Origin: an uncultured Pseudomonadales bacterium
GTDB taxonomy: Bacteria > Pseudomonadota > Gammaproteobacteria > Pseudomonadales > JAUIET01
DNA: 64,000 nucleotides
NCBI GenBank assembly: GCA_964544755.1
Contig: CAZJDL010000003.1
Location: 6,959 to 70,958, forward strand
Reading direction: 5' to 3'
A model generated the notes under the pieces. That model saw nothing but the letters and a program-made list of their open reading frames with translations. It made no database searches and was not told the DNA's origin. This document shows, piece by piece, positions 28,512 through 37,335 of the stretch. The position numbers and the translations under genes were made by a program. Position 1 is the first letter of the stretch; each line of letters begins with the position of its first letter.

Positions 28512-29975
28512 TTGGAAGCGAAACCGGCCGGCCCGATAGTCGGCAGAAAGTTGTATCGTCTGCACGATACATTATTGAATCACACACAACTTCATCTCAG
28601 CATTTTTTTCTCGGTCCTGATATTTTTGGGCCTGGCTTATTATTGGGTTGAGGGTCTGCGCGAGACCGATTACTTGCTGCTGGCCTCAATCAGCGGCCTG
28701 CTCATGTATATCGTATACAAGGTGATGGGCGTCTACCGGCAGTCGGAGGGCTATCTGTTTGGCCGGGCCATGACACGCTTTTATGGCCTGTGGATACTCG
28801 CAAAAGCTTGGCTGATTGTCGTGTTGCTGGTCGTGCTGTATACGTTCTTCACCAAATCATCAACTGACTTCTCTCGGGTTGTGATTGGCAGTTGGGCTGT
28901 GCTGGGCTATATATCACAGTTGGGCATTTATGTGGTGTCCTACTGGTTGGCGCGAAAATACTTCCTCCATTTTTGTGATCCTATCAATACCGTGGTGGTG
29001 GGTTCGAACGCGCTGGCTGCGCATTTGGTCGCTAAAATCAACGGTAACCCCTGGTTGCCGGACAATATTGTCGGGGTGGTCGACGAAGATCAGGAGTCAC
29101 TAGCGGCTTGGTCCAGTGTCGCCGCGCCCGCATTGGGCGCTATTGAAAGCCTGAATGGTCTGATTGGCGAGTCCGCCGTGCGGCGAGTATATATCGTGCT
29201 GCCGTTAAACCAGTCAGCGCAGGTAGAGAGAATCTACAAACTATTGCAATGGCAAAACGTCGATATCATCTGGGCGCCAGATATCTTTAGCCTCGAGTTG
29301 GGCAACTACGGTCTGCGCGAAGTTGCCGGTGTGCCGCTGGTCACGTTGTCGGAGAGCCCGGCGGTGATGCAAGGCCAGGCACTGACCAAGACCGCCATGG
29401 ACAAGACCATTGCCGGCATCTTGCTGCTCCTGCTGTCACCGCTGATGCTGCTGACTGCCGTTGCGGTCAAACTGTCATCTCCGGGGCCGGTGTTTTTTAA
29501 ACAAAAACGCCACGGCTGGGACGGGCAAGTGTTCGATGTATGGAAGTTTCGTTCGATGCGTGTGCATGACAAGAAAGACGGCAAGCTCGAATTGGCGCAA
29601 CACAACGATTCCCGCTTCACGCCGATAGGACGGTTTATCCGGCGCATGAGTATTGACGAGTTGCCGCAATTGTTTAACGTAATGCAGGGTACAATGTCGC
29701 TGGTTGGCCCGCGGCCGCATGCACTGGAAGTGAACCAGTTTTATGCACAGCATATTCCGTCGCTGATGTCGCGGCATCGGATCAAACCGGGTATTACCGG
29801 CCTGGCGCAAATTAATGGCTGGCGTGGCGGTGATGATTGTACCGTTGACACGCTGGACAAGATGCGCCCGCGCGTCGAGCATGATATACGCTATATCAAA
29901 AATTATTCCTTGTTACTCGATTTGAAAATATTATTGATCACGCCGTTCAGGCTGTTTTCGAAAAATATTTACTAG
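28512..29975 (+). CDS. undecaprenyl-phosphate hexose-1-phosphate transferase (WcaJ/EpsB-like priming glycosyltransferase)
   Basis: N-terminal TM helices and a C-terminal bacterial sugar-transferase domain (PVFFKQKRHGW.G..F.VWKFRSM, DELPQLFNV..G.MSLVGPRP). The TTG start is uncertain. Confidence 0.88.
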   Translation: MEAKPAGPIVGRKLYRLHDTLLNHTQLHLSIFFSVLIFLGLAYYWVEGLRETDYLLLASISGLLMYIVYKVMGVYRQSEGYLFGRAMTRFYGLWILAKAWLIVVLLVVLYTFFTKSSTDFSRVVIGSWAVLGYISQLGIYVVSYWLARKYFLHFCDPINTVVVGSNALAAHLVAKINGNPWLPDNIVGVVDEDQESLAAWSSVAAPALGAIESLNGLIGESAVRRVYIVLPLNQSAQVERIYKLLQWQNVDIIWAPDIFSLELGNYGLREVAGVPLVTLSESPAVMQGQALTKTAMDKTIAGILLLLLSPLMLLTAVAVKLSSPGPVFFKQKRHGWDGQVFDVWKFRSMRVHDKKDGKLELAQHNDSRFTPIGRFIRRMSIDELPQLFNVMQGTMSLVGPRPHALEVNQFYAQHIPSLMSRHRIKPGITGLAQINGWRGGDDCTVDTLDKMRPRVEHDIRYIKNYSLLLDLKILLITPFRLFSKNIY

Positions 29976-30118
29976 GCCTGTTATCAGGCCCTGGCCCCCA
30001 CGTCGGTGGATTCGGCGTGGCAGCGTAAAAACCCAGGCGTTGACCGGTATAATAACAAGGTTTCCTGCTGTTCGTGCGCTCGCGGCTGTGTCTGATATCA
30101 TCGAGACGAAACCACCCC

Positions 30119-31261
30119 ATGAATTCTGTCAGTTCCGTGAGCGTTACGCATTCAGTCACCGAAAATAGCCGGCCCAAGGCCATACAGGTTGTTGAATGTT
30201 TTGCTTATGGCACCGCGAAGTCGGTTAAGCAGTTGTCGGGCTTTTTAAAAGCCGACTTTGACGTTGAAGTGTTTTATTGTGATCGCGATGGTACCGACGA
30301 AGAACTGAAGAATATTGATCCCGCCATAAAGTGGACGGCGCTTAACTCCACAGGGCCGTTGAAACATATTAAAAATATTCGCCAAATCAGGTCGCAAATA
30401 GACGCCCGCTGCCAGGCAGTGCACGGCCACAGTAGCTATGGCGGCATGTACGCACGGCTGGCGTCATTGGGTAAGTCGGTACCGAATGTGTTCTTTTCAC
30501 CGAGAGGCTACGCTTTTCTGCGTGAGGATATGTTTTGGGCAAAAAGAGCCTTGTTTTTTCTTGCCGAAGTCATGCTGTCATTTTTCGGCACGACGGTATC
30601 GTGCGGGCCTTCAGAGTTTAAAGTCGGCGCCAGGTTTTCGCGCCGAATTGCCAGGATCAATAACTCCGTACTCGTCCAAGACGACCGTGATATCAGCAGC
30701 GATGCAGAGTTCCAAGTACTTTCTATCGGGCGGATCGCGCCGCAAAAGGGCTTCGACATTTTTTTCGAGGTAGCCGGCCGCTTGCCTGACACACGCTTTA
30801 CCTGGGTGGGCTCTTGCGATGACGATTACTACGATAATATTGTTGCGTCAAAGCATGGTTTGCCAAACAATGTGGAACTTATCGGCTATATGGGCCAGGC
30901 GCAATTGTTCAAGAAAATGAGGGCGCAAACCATTATCATGCACCCCTCGCGGTGGGAGGGTTTGTCGAGGGTGCTGCTCGAGGCGTTGGCCTTGGGTAAA
31001 CCGCTGGTCACATCGACTTTCGCCGCTAACCTGGACTGCCTGCAGCCGCTGGCCACCTCCACAGAGAAGGGCCGCTACGCCAACGGCTTCGCCTGCGAAA
31101 GTGTAGACGCATACGTCAACGCCATTACTAAAATGAAAGAAGATAGGCCGCTGGTTTTGGCCATGGCGCAATCTTCCTACCGTTTGGCGCAGAGTGAGTT
31201 TGATGTTCGCATAGTGCGACAACAGTGGCTGGACTTGTATAAAGCGCGCCGCGCCACATAA
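30119..31261 (+). CDS. GT-B fold glycosyltransferase (family 4/1)
   Basis: C-terminal motif HPSRWEGLSRVLLEALALGKPLVTS (E-x7-E). The ATG at 30119 is preferred over the track's 30074. Confidence 0.85.
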   Translation: MNSVSSVSVTHSVTENSRPKAIQVVECFAYGTAKSVKQLSGFLKADFDVEVFYCDRDGTDEELKNIDPAIKWTALNSTGPLKHIKNIRQIRSQIDARCQAVHGHSSYGGMYARLASLGKSVPNVFFSPRGYAFLREDMFWAKRALFFLAEVMLSFFGTTVSCGPSEFKVGARFSRRIARINNSVLVQDDRDISSDAEFQVLSIGRIAPQKGFDIFFEVAGRLPDTRFTWVGSCDDDYYDNIVASKHGLPNNVELIGYMGQAQLFKKMRAQTIIMHPSRWEGLSRVLLEALALGKPLVTSTFAANLDCLQPLATSTEKGRYANGFACESVDAYVNAITKMKEDRPLVLAMAQSSYRLAQSEFDVRIVRQQWLDLYKARRAT

Positions 31262-31427
31262 TCCTAGAAATCGCAGTTGGATCACGAAAGTATGCACAAG
31301 CTCTTAATGCACCTGGGAGATTCGAAAAAGCTCTCATCACCAACAAGGTGACTACGAGTTTTTCGAATCTCCCATGCACATCAATATCGTGCACATCTTT
31401 TTCGCGCCCAACTGCGGTTTCTAGGAT
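31261..31427. repeat. 167-bp imperfect palindrome with 20-bp terminal inverted repeats (MITE-like, non-coding)
   Basis: atcctagaaatcgcagttgg (31261-31280) against ccaactgcggtttctaggat (31408-31427), 19/20 complementary. Inner arms gggagattcgaaaaa/tttttcgaatctccc and a central tcacc-aacaa-ggtga. Fills the whole GT4-wzy spacer. Confidence 0.7.
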
Positions 31428-31432
31428 AAAGC

Positions 31433-32713
31433 ATGCCCGGCCTATTAAACAGTAGCGGTAGATTCAAGATCGCCAGCTTGTTTAAGCTGCTGATGATCAT
31501 CGCCATGTTGCTGGTCTTCATGCCGGCCCTGTTAAAGCCGGGTGATTCAAGGCTCAGTTTTTCCTATCTGTATACCCTTTTTTGTTTCGCCGTCCTCGTC
31601 ATCGTTACGCTGCTGGACAAGCAGTTGGCAAGTTTCTATATACAGTTGGCGCGGCAAAACAAGATGCTGTTTTGCAGCGTGCTGGCGATGATTCTTCTAC
31701 ACATTGCAAGTTACGCTATTTACCCGGCCTATGGCCCGATGTCGCGCACGCTGATGGCGCTGATGGTGTTCATCAACACCTACCTGTACTTCACGTTCTT
31801 GCTTTATCGAGACGGCAACAATTTATATACTTTCTACCGGGTTATCAATATAGGACTCATCGCGAATTTTATAGTCGTTTTACTTTATGCCAATGGCTAC
31901 CAGTTCCTGCCTAACATTTCTGCCAATTTTGATCGCTATCCTGGCTTGTTCTCGCATCCAAACCAGTTAGCCATCGTTGTCAGTACCGTTTTTGTTTTTT
32001 ATGTAGGCAACTTTTTTAACGGCCCCAACTTTTTTAGCCGTTTAAAATCGCTTTTCATGTTTTTTGTGGCCCTGGTGGTATCGACCCTGGCGGGTTCAAA
32101 GACCAATATCCTGATTGCAGGCGTCATTCTGGTGGTTTACTTGCTTTGGTCGGTATCGCGAAAAAATGCCCTTGTTCTTCTGCTTAGCATGGTCATGCTG
32201 ACGTTGCTGCTCGGCTATGCAGGCTCTACGGATTTATTGCTGCAGTTGAATCCGCGGCTGTTCAGTGTGGTTGCCGACCTATCGTTAGATAACTTTACCG
32301 AGTATCGAACCATGCAATCCCGGCTGGTGCTTTGGTCTTATTCCTGGGACATAGGTATGGCGTACCCGTTTATCGGTGAGGGGTGGGGGCACAGGATACT
32401 TGGCGAGTCGGAGCACAGCCATAACCTTTTACTGGATTACTTGCGCCTGTTCGGGCCGCTCGGCTTGCTTGCGTTGGGTTGCTTCGTAGTGTCTTTGCTG
32501 TTACTTTTTTCGCGTGGTAGCCACGTTGAGCAACAGTCTTATATGCTTAAAGCCTGTAAACTTTCTGTTGTCGCTTATTTGTTGGTGAATATGATGAGCG
32601 ATTCAATGGGGCCGCAAACTGTATTCTTCCTGGCATTCTTTGTGGCCTACCTGTCGGCCATTCCCGGCAAGGTCTATACATTTAGTCCGAGTCGTGCTTA
32701 TGCGGTCAGTTAG
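31433..32713 (+). CDS. wzy: O-antigen ligase/Wzy-like polymerase family membrane protein
   Basis: 426 aa, at least 10 hydrophobic helices, visibly lower GC. Periplasmic loop GEGWGHRILGESEHSHNLLLDYL resembles the Wzy_C/O-antigen ligase motif. Confidence 0.8.
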   Translation: MPGLLNSSGRFKIASLFKLLMIIAMLLVFMPALLKPGDSRLSFSYLYTLFCFAVLVIVTLLDKQLASFYIQLARQNKMLFCSVLAMILLHIASYAIYPAYGPMSRTLMALMVFINTYLYFTFLLYRDGNNLYTFYRVINIGLIANFIVVLLYANGYQFLPNISANFDRYPGLFSHPNQLAIVVSTVFVFYVGNFFNGPNFFSRLKSLFMFFVALVVSTLAGSKTNILIAGVILVVYLLWSVSRKNALVLLLSMVMLTLLLGYAGSTDLLLQLNPRLFSVVADLSLDNFTEYRTMQSRLVLWSYSWDIGMAYPFIGEGWGHRILGESEHSHNLLLDYLRLFGPLGLLALGCFVVSLLLLFSRGSHVEQQSYMLKACKLSVVAYLLVNMMSDSMGPQTVFFLAFFVAYLSAIPGKVYTFSPSRAYAVS

Positions 32714-32875
32714 GCTTCGATGTGGTAGCCAGTCGCCGCAGGCAGCGCGTTGACAGTGAAAAACGTCATTAGGCACACGCTTTTAGTCGCGCAGCTATTG
32801 CTGAATCAAGCCAGGAAAACTATAGTGCGAGGCTTGTTCGGCGCCAGCGGCGCTGTAAATCGCCCAGGCATATAG

Positions 32876-33136
32876 ATGGAACAAACACTGTTACAACAAG
32901 GCGTACAACTCATGCTGTTTGGCATGGGAACCGTATTTGTCTTTCTGGTTTTGTTGATACTGTGTACTTCGATCATGTCACGCGCGGTGCTGCGCTTCGC
33001 GCCCGAGGAGCCATTGCTACCAACGATTAATAGCGCCCCACCATTGGGCAGAGCTGCGCAGAATCCGGGCCAGACCCGTTTGATCGCCGCAATCAGCGCC
33101 GCCGTGCACCGGCATCGTGCACGGCGGCGCGAGTAA
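32876..33136 (+). CDS. oadG: oxaloacetate decarboxylase gamma subunit
   Basis: 86 aa. MEQTLLQQGVQLMLFGMGTVFVFLVLLIL single-TM OadG signature. Directly precedes oadA/oadB. Confidence 0.85.
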   Translation: MEQTLLQQGVQLMLFGMGTVFVFLVLLILCTSIMSRAVLRFAPEEPLLPTINSAPPLGRAAQNPGQTRLIAAISAAVHRHRARRRE

Positions 33137-33165
33137 CCTGCCATTAACCTGACGAACGAAGCGAT

Positions 33166-34965
33166 ATGACTGAGAAAAAACCGCTGGGTATTACCGATGT
33201 CGTGCTGCGCGACGGGCATCAATCATTGTTGGCGACGCGTATGCGGCTGGACGATATGCTGCCGATCGCCGCCAAACTCGACCGGGTCGGTTTTTGGTCG
33301 CTGGAAACCTGGGGCGGCGCCACCTTCGACGCCTGTATTCGCTACCTTGGTGAAGACCCCTGGGAGCGAATTCGAGAGCTGAAGCAAGCCATGCCCAATA
33401 CGCCGCAACAGATGTTGCTACGTGGGCAAAACATACTGGGTTACCGTCACTACGCCGATGACGTGGTGCGCAAATTTGTCGAGCGTGCGGCGGCCAATGG
33501 TGTCGATGTGTTTCGTGTATTCGACGCCATGAATGACACGCGTAATTTGCAAACCGCGATCCATGCGGTGGTCGAGCAGGGCAAGCACGCACAAGGCACG
33601 ATTTCTTACACCGTAAGCCCGGTGCATACACTGGATACGTGGCTCGACCTTGCTAGAGCGATAGAAGACCTCGGCGCGCACAGCATCGCCATCAAGGATA
33701 TGGCCGGTCTGCTCAAGCCCTATGTCGCGTTTGAACTGGTGTCACGCCTTAAAGCGGCACTCGATATTCCTGTTCATATGCAATGCCATGCAACCACTGG
33801 CATGTCGACCGCGTCTATTTTAAAAGCAGTGGAAGCCGGTATCGATAATGTCGACACGTCGATTTCTTCCATGAGCATGACCTACGGCCACTCGCCCACC
33901 GAGTCGGTGGTAGCGATACTCGCCGACACCGAGCGCGACACCGGCCTGGATATCAAATTGCTGGAAGAAATAGCCGCCTACTTTCGCGAGGTGCGCAAAA
34001 AATACGCGCAGTTCGAAGGCGCCCTACGCGGCGTCGACTCCAGAATACTGGTGGCGCAGGTGCCGGGCGGTATGTTGACTAACATGGAGAATCAGCTGCG
34101 CGAGCAGCAGGCCGGCGATAAATTCGATGAGGTGCTGGCGGAAATTCCACGGGTACGCAAAGAGCTCGGTTATATTCCGCTGGTCACGCCGACCTCACAA
34201 ATTGTCGGCACGCAGGCGGTGCTCAATATACTCACTGGCGAGCGCTATAAATCGATCAGTAAGGAAACCGCAGGTGTTTTAAAGGGCGAGTATGGCGCGA
34301 CACCGGCGCCTGTCGATGCTGCGCTGCAAGCGCGCGTGCTGCAAGGCAGCGAACCCATTCACTGCCGGCCGGCCGATGTGTTGGCGCCCGAAATGGACGT
34401 GCTGCAAAGTGAGCTGGAAGAACTGGTACAAAGCAAGCAGATCAAGCTCGCGGAACACAAGATCGACGACGTGCTGACCTACGCGCTGTTCCATCAGATA
34501 GGCCTTAAATTTCTGCAAAACCGCGGCAATCCCGCAGCGTTTGAAGCGCCACCGCAAGATCAACAGCAGCAAGTTGTGGCGCCAGAACCGCAAGGTGGAG
34601 ATAAAAATACGGTTGGTGATGGGGGTGGCGCTGCGATCTACAGTGTCACAGTGGCCGGCGAAAGGTTTGTCGTGCAGGTGGAAGAGGGCGGCGAGCTAGG
34701 AGCGATTCAACCTGCGGCACTCACTGCCAGCGCGCCGCCAGCAACGGCAGGCGCGAAGCCATTCGTGTCACCGCTGGCCGGTAATATATTCAAGATTCAC
34801 GTCGAGCCGGGACAAGTAGTGCACGCCGGCGATGTGATGATCATTCTGGAAGCCATGAAGATGGAAACTGCAGTGCGTGCACCACACGATGGTACCGTTA
34901 GTGCGATAGACGTACGCGAAGGCGATGCCGTGTCGGTGGGTGATGTTCTGTTGAGCTATAGATGA
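33166..34965 (+). CDS. oadA: oxaloacetate decarboxylase alpha subunit (carboxyltransferase + biotin carrier)
   Basis: [18 protein letters not shown] carboxyltransferase TIM-barrel start. C-terminal biotinyl domain with EAMKMET. Confidence 0.93.
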   Translation: MTEKKPLGITDVVLRDGHQSLLATRMRLDDMLPIAAKLDRVGFWSLETWGGATFDACIRYLGEDPWERIRELKQAMPNTPQQMLLRGQNILGYRHYADDVVRKFVERAAANGVDVFRVFDAMNDTRNLQTAIHAVVEQGKHAQGTISYTVSPVHTLDTWLDLARAIEDLGAHSIAIKDMAGLLKPYVAFELVSRLKAALDIPVHMQCHATTGMSTASILKAVEAGIDNVDTSISSMSMTYGHSPTESVVAILADTERDTGLDIKLLEEIAAYFREVRKKYAQFEGALRGVDSRILVAQVPGGMLTNMENQLREQQAGDKFDEVLAEIPRVRKELGYIPLVTPTSQIVGTQAVLNILTGERYKSISKETAGVLKGEYGATPAPVDAALQARVLQGSEPIHCRPADVLAPEMDVLQSELEELVQSKQIKLAEHKIDDVLTYALFHQIGLKFLQNRGNPAAFEAPPQDQQQQVVAPEPQGGDKNTVGDGGGAAIYSVTVAGERFVVQVEEGGELGAIQPAALTASAPPATAGAKPFVSPLAGNIFKIHVEPGQVVHAGDVMIILEAMKMETAVRAPHDGTVSAIDVREGDAVSVGDVLLSYR

Positions 34966-36131
34966 GCGCGTTGCTCGGTCTATGGGCCGATTCGGGTATC
35001 AGCCAGCTACAGGCAGGGCAGGCGTTCATGCTTGCTATTGGCTTGTTGCTGTTGTACCTGGCGATCAAGCGCGGTTTCGAGCCGCTGCTGTTATTACCGA
35101 TCGGTTTTGGCACTATTCTGGTCAACATTCCCGGCGCCGATTTTAGCGCGGCACCAGTGTATGACGCGGTTGGCCACCTGGCTTCCCCGGGCGGTATTTT
35201 ATATTACATTTACCATATTGGTATCGAGACTGGCGTTTTCCCACTGATTATTTTTATGGGCGTGGGCGCGCTGACCGATTTCGGCCCGCTGCTGGCCAAT
35301 CCAAAAACCCTGCTGCTGGGCGCGGCCGCCCAGTTCGGTATTTTTTCCACCGTCATCGGCGCGGTGTTACTCTCTACTTTTAATATCATTGACTTTTCCA
35401 TTGCCGACGCTGCGGCAATCGGCATCATCGGTGGCGCCGATGGGCCAACGGCGATTTTTGTGGCGAGCAAATTGGCGCCCGATTTGCTCGGTGCAATAGC
35501 GGTGGCCGCGTATTCCTATATGGCCTTGGTGCCGATTATTCAGCCGCCCATCATGCGTGCGCTTACCACTGAGGCGGAACGGCAGATAGAAATGCAGCAG
35601 TTGCGCCCGGTTGCGCGCCTGGAGCGCATTTTGTTTCCCCTGTTGTTGCTATTACTGGTCGCGTCATTCCTGCCCAGCGCCGCACCGTTGTTGGGTATGT
35701 TTTGCCTCGGGAACGTGATGCGCGAGTCAGGCGTGGTTGACCGGCTGGCCGATACCACACAAAATGCGCTGATCAATATAGTGACCATATTTCTTGGTTT
35801 GGGCGTGGGTTCCAAGCTCAATGCCGAGCAGTTTCTGGAAGTAAAAACGGCGGGCATTTTGCTGCTGGGCATCATTGCGTTTGCCATCGGCACGGCCAGC
35901 GGCGTGCTGATGGCGAAACTGATGAACGTGTTCAGCAAGCATAAGGTGAATCCGTTAATCGGCGCCGCCGGCGTGTCGGCGGTACCGATGGCCGCCAGGG
36001 TTGCAAACAAAGTGGGTTTGGAAGCGAATCCACATAATTTTTTGTTGATGCATGCCATGGGCCCTAATGTGGCCGGCGTGCTTGGCTCGGCCGTAGCGGC
36101 TGGCGTCATGTTGAGCGTCGTCGGCAATTAA
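34962..36131 (+). CDS. oadB: Na+-translocating decarboxylase beta subunit
   Basis: 389-aa polytopic membrane protein ([20 protein letters not shown] motifs). ATGA overlap with oadA. Confidence 0.9.
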   Translation: MSALLGLWADSGISQLQAGQAFMLAIGLLLLYLAIKRGFEPLLLLPIGFGTILVNIPGADFSAAPVYDAVGHLASPGGILYYIYHIGIETGVFPLIIFMGVGALTDFGPLLANPKTLLLGAAAQFGIFSTVIGAVLLSTFNIIDFSIADAAAIGIIGGADGPTAIFVASKLAPDLLGAIAVAAYSYMALVPIIQPPIMRALTTEAERQIEMQQLRPVARLERILFPLLLLLLVASFLPSAAPLLGMFCLGNVMRESGVVDRLADTTQNALINIVTIFLGLGVGSKLNAEQFLEVKTAGILLLGIIAFAIGTASGVLMAKLMNVFSKHKVNPLIGAAGVSAVPMAARVANKVGLEANPHNFLLMHAMGPNVAGVLGSAVAAGVMLSVVGN

Positions 36132-36304
36132 AACGCATCGAAGTTTAATGAGGGAATTGATCGTCCGTTAAACGGTCACACTTACTTTCTCCCTGCGCCT
36201 GACGTACTGTTAAAGTACATGCTACCGAAGGCTCGCTAAGCTGCTAGAATGTTGGCGTAAACTTGCTGCTAGCACATGCCTGCTGAACAAAAACCATACA
36301 TTTA

Positions 36305-37309
36305 ATGACAGTATTGTCTAAATTAGCGACAGTTGAAGACTCGCTCGCGCCCTACCTTGAGCGCGCGAATGTGTTATGGCGGCGCGTGCCGCAAGAGCGG
36401 CTGCGCACCGTGTTGTGCGCGCTGCTGCTGTTGTGGTTGCTGCTGGGCGCGGTACAATTGCTGTGGACCTTGCTGGCCGCGCCCGACCCCAGCTTTCCGG
36501 CCAGTGAGAAGGTCATTGGCCAGAGCAGCGGTCAGCAAACGGCGAGCGATGCAGCGTTGCAGATCGACATGGAGCAAGTACGCAGTTGGCAGTTATTCGG
36601 CAGTGCGCAATCGGCGCCTGCCGAAGCAGAAGTGGAGGCGCCCGAGACGTCGCTCAGCACGGAAGAAAGCAATGCCGAGCAAACGCGGTTGCAAATCAAA
36701 CTACAGGGCGTTATTCAAACCAACGATGAACGCGGCGGGCGCGCTATTATCAGTTATCAAGGTAAACAGAAACAATATGCAGTCGGCGATGAACTGCCCG
36801 TGTCAAACCAGGTGGTGTTGCGGCGCTTGCTGCCCGATCGAGTGTTAATCGCGAACCGCGGCAACATCGAAGCATTGTATCTGTTTGACAAAAACGCCAA
36901 TTCATCTGCCGTCGCGCAAAATACACGAGCTGCCCGGCCCAAGCCGGTCGCGCGGCCGCGGCGCGCCAGGATTGGCACCAGTTTTCGCCAGCGCGTGTTA
37001 AGTAACCCCGCGTCCTTGGCGGAGTTGGTGCGTATTTCAGAAGCGCGCGAGAGTGGCGAAATAGTGGGTTATAAAGTCCGGCCGGGCAGAGACAAGTCAG
37101 TCTTCGAATCCATGGGCTTTAAAACCAACGATGTTGTCACCGCAATCAACGGCGTCACGCTGGATAATCCCAGCAGCGCGTTGCAGGTGTTTCAAACGAT
37201 GCACACCAGCAAGGAAGCCTCGTTCGAACTGCGCCGCGCCGGCCAACCAATTAGTCTGGTGGTGAATCTCGATGAACTGGAAGACGAGCAGGAAGCGCTT
37301 GAACAATAA
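36305..37309 (+). CDS. gspC: type II secretion system protein GspC
   Basis: N-terminal TM helix (LLLLWLLLGAVQLLW), a central HR-like region, and a C-terminal PDZ (GYKVRPGRDKSVFESMGFKTNDVVTAINGVTLDN). First gene of the gsp operon. Confidence 0.85.
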   Translation: MTVLSKLATVEDSLAPYLERANVLWRRVPQERLRTVLCALLLLWLLLGAVQLLWTLLAAPDPSFPASEKVIGQSSGQQTASDAALQIDMEQVRSWQLFGSAQSAPAEAEVEAPETSLSTEESNAEQTRLQIKLQGVIQTNDERGGRAIISYQGKQKQYAVGDELPVSNQVVLRRLLPDRVLIANRGNIEALYLFDKNANSSAVAQNTRAARPKPVARPRRARIGTSFRQRVLSNPASLAELVRISEARESGEIVGYKVRPGRDKSVFESMGFKTNDVVTAINGVTLDNPSSALQVFQTMHTSKEASFELRRAGQPISLVVNLDELEDEQEALEQ

Positions 37310-37335
37310 GCCATCTCATCAGTCCTACGTTAGGA

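Noticed and set aside
24047-29975. PEP-CTERM/exosortase-type EPS system (epsD-L-like layout of barrel, export protein, kinase and sugar transferase)
   Set aside because: No exosortase (EpsH/XrtA), no EpsI-type ligase and no PEP-CTERM-tailed protein is encoded in the window. Wzx and Wzy genes are present, so the ordinary Wzx/Wzy pathway explains the cluster.
36333-36848. 171-aa alternative-frame ORF inside gspC (Cys/Arg/Trp-rich)
   Set aside because: It overlaps gspC on the same strand in another frame, and its composition is a typical off-frame GC artefact.
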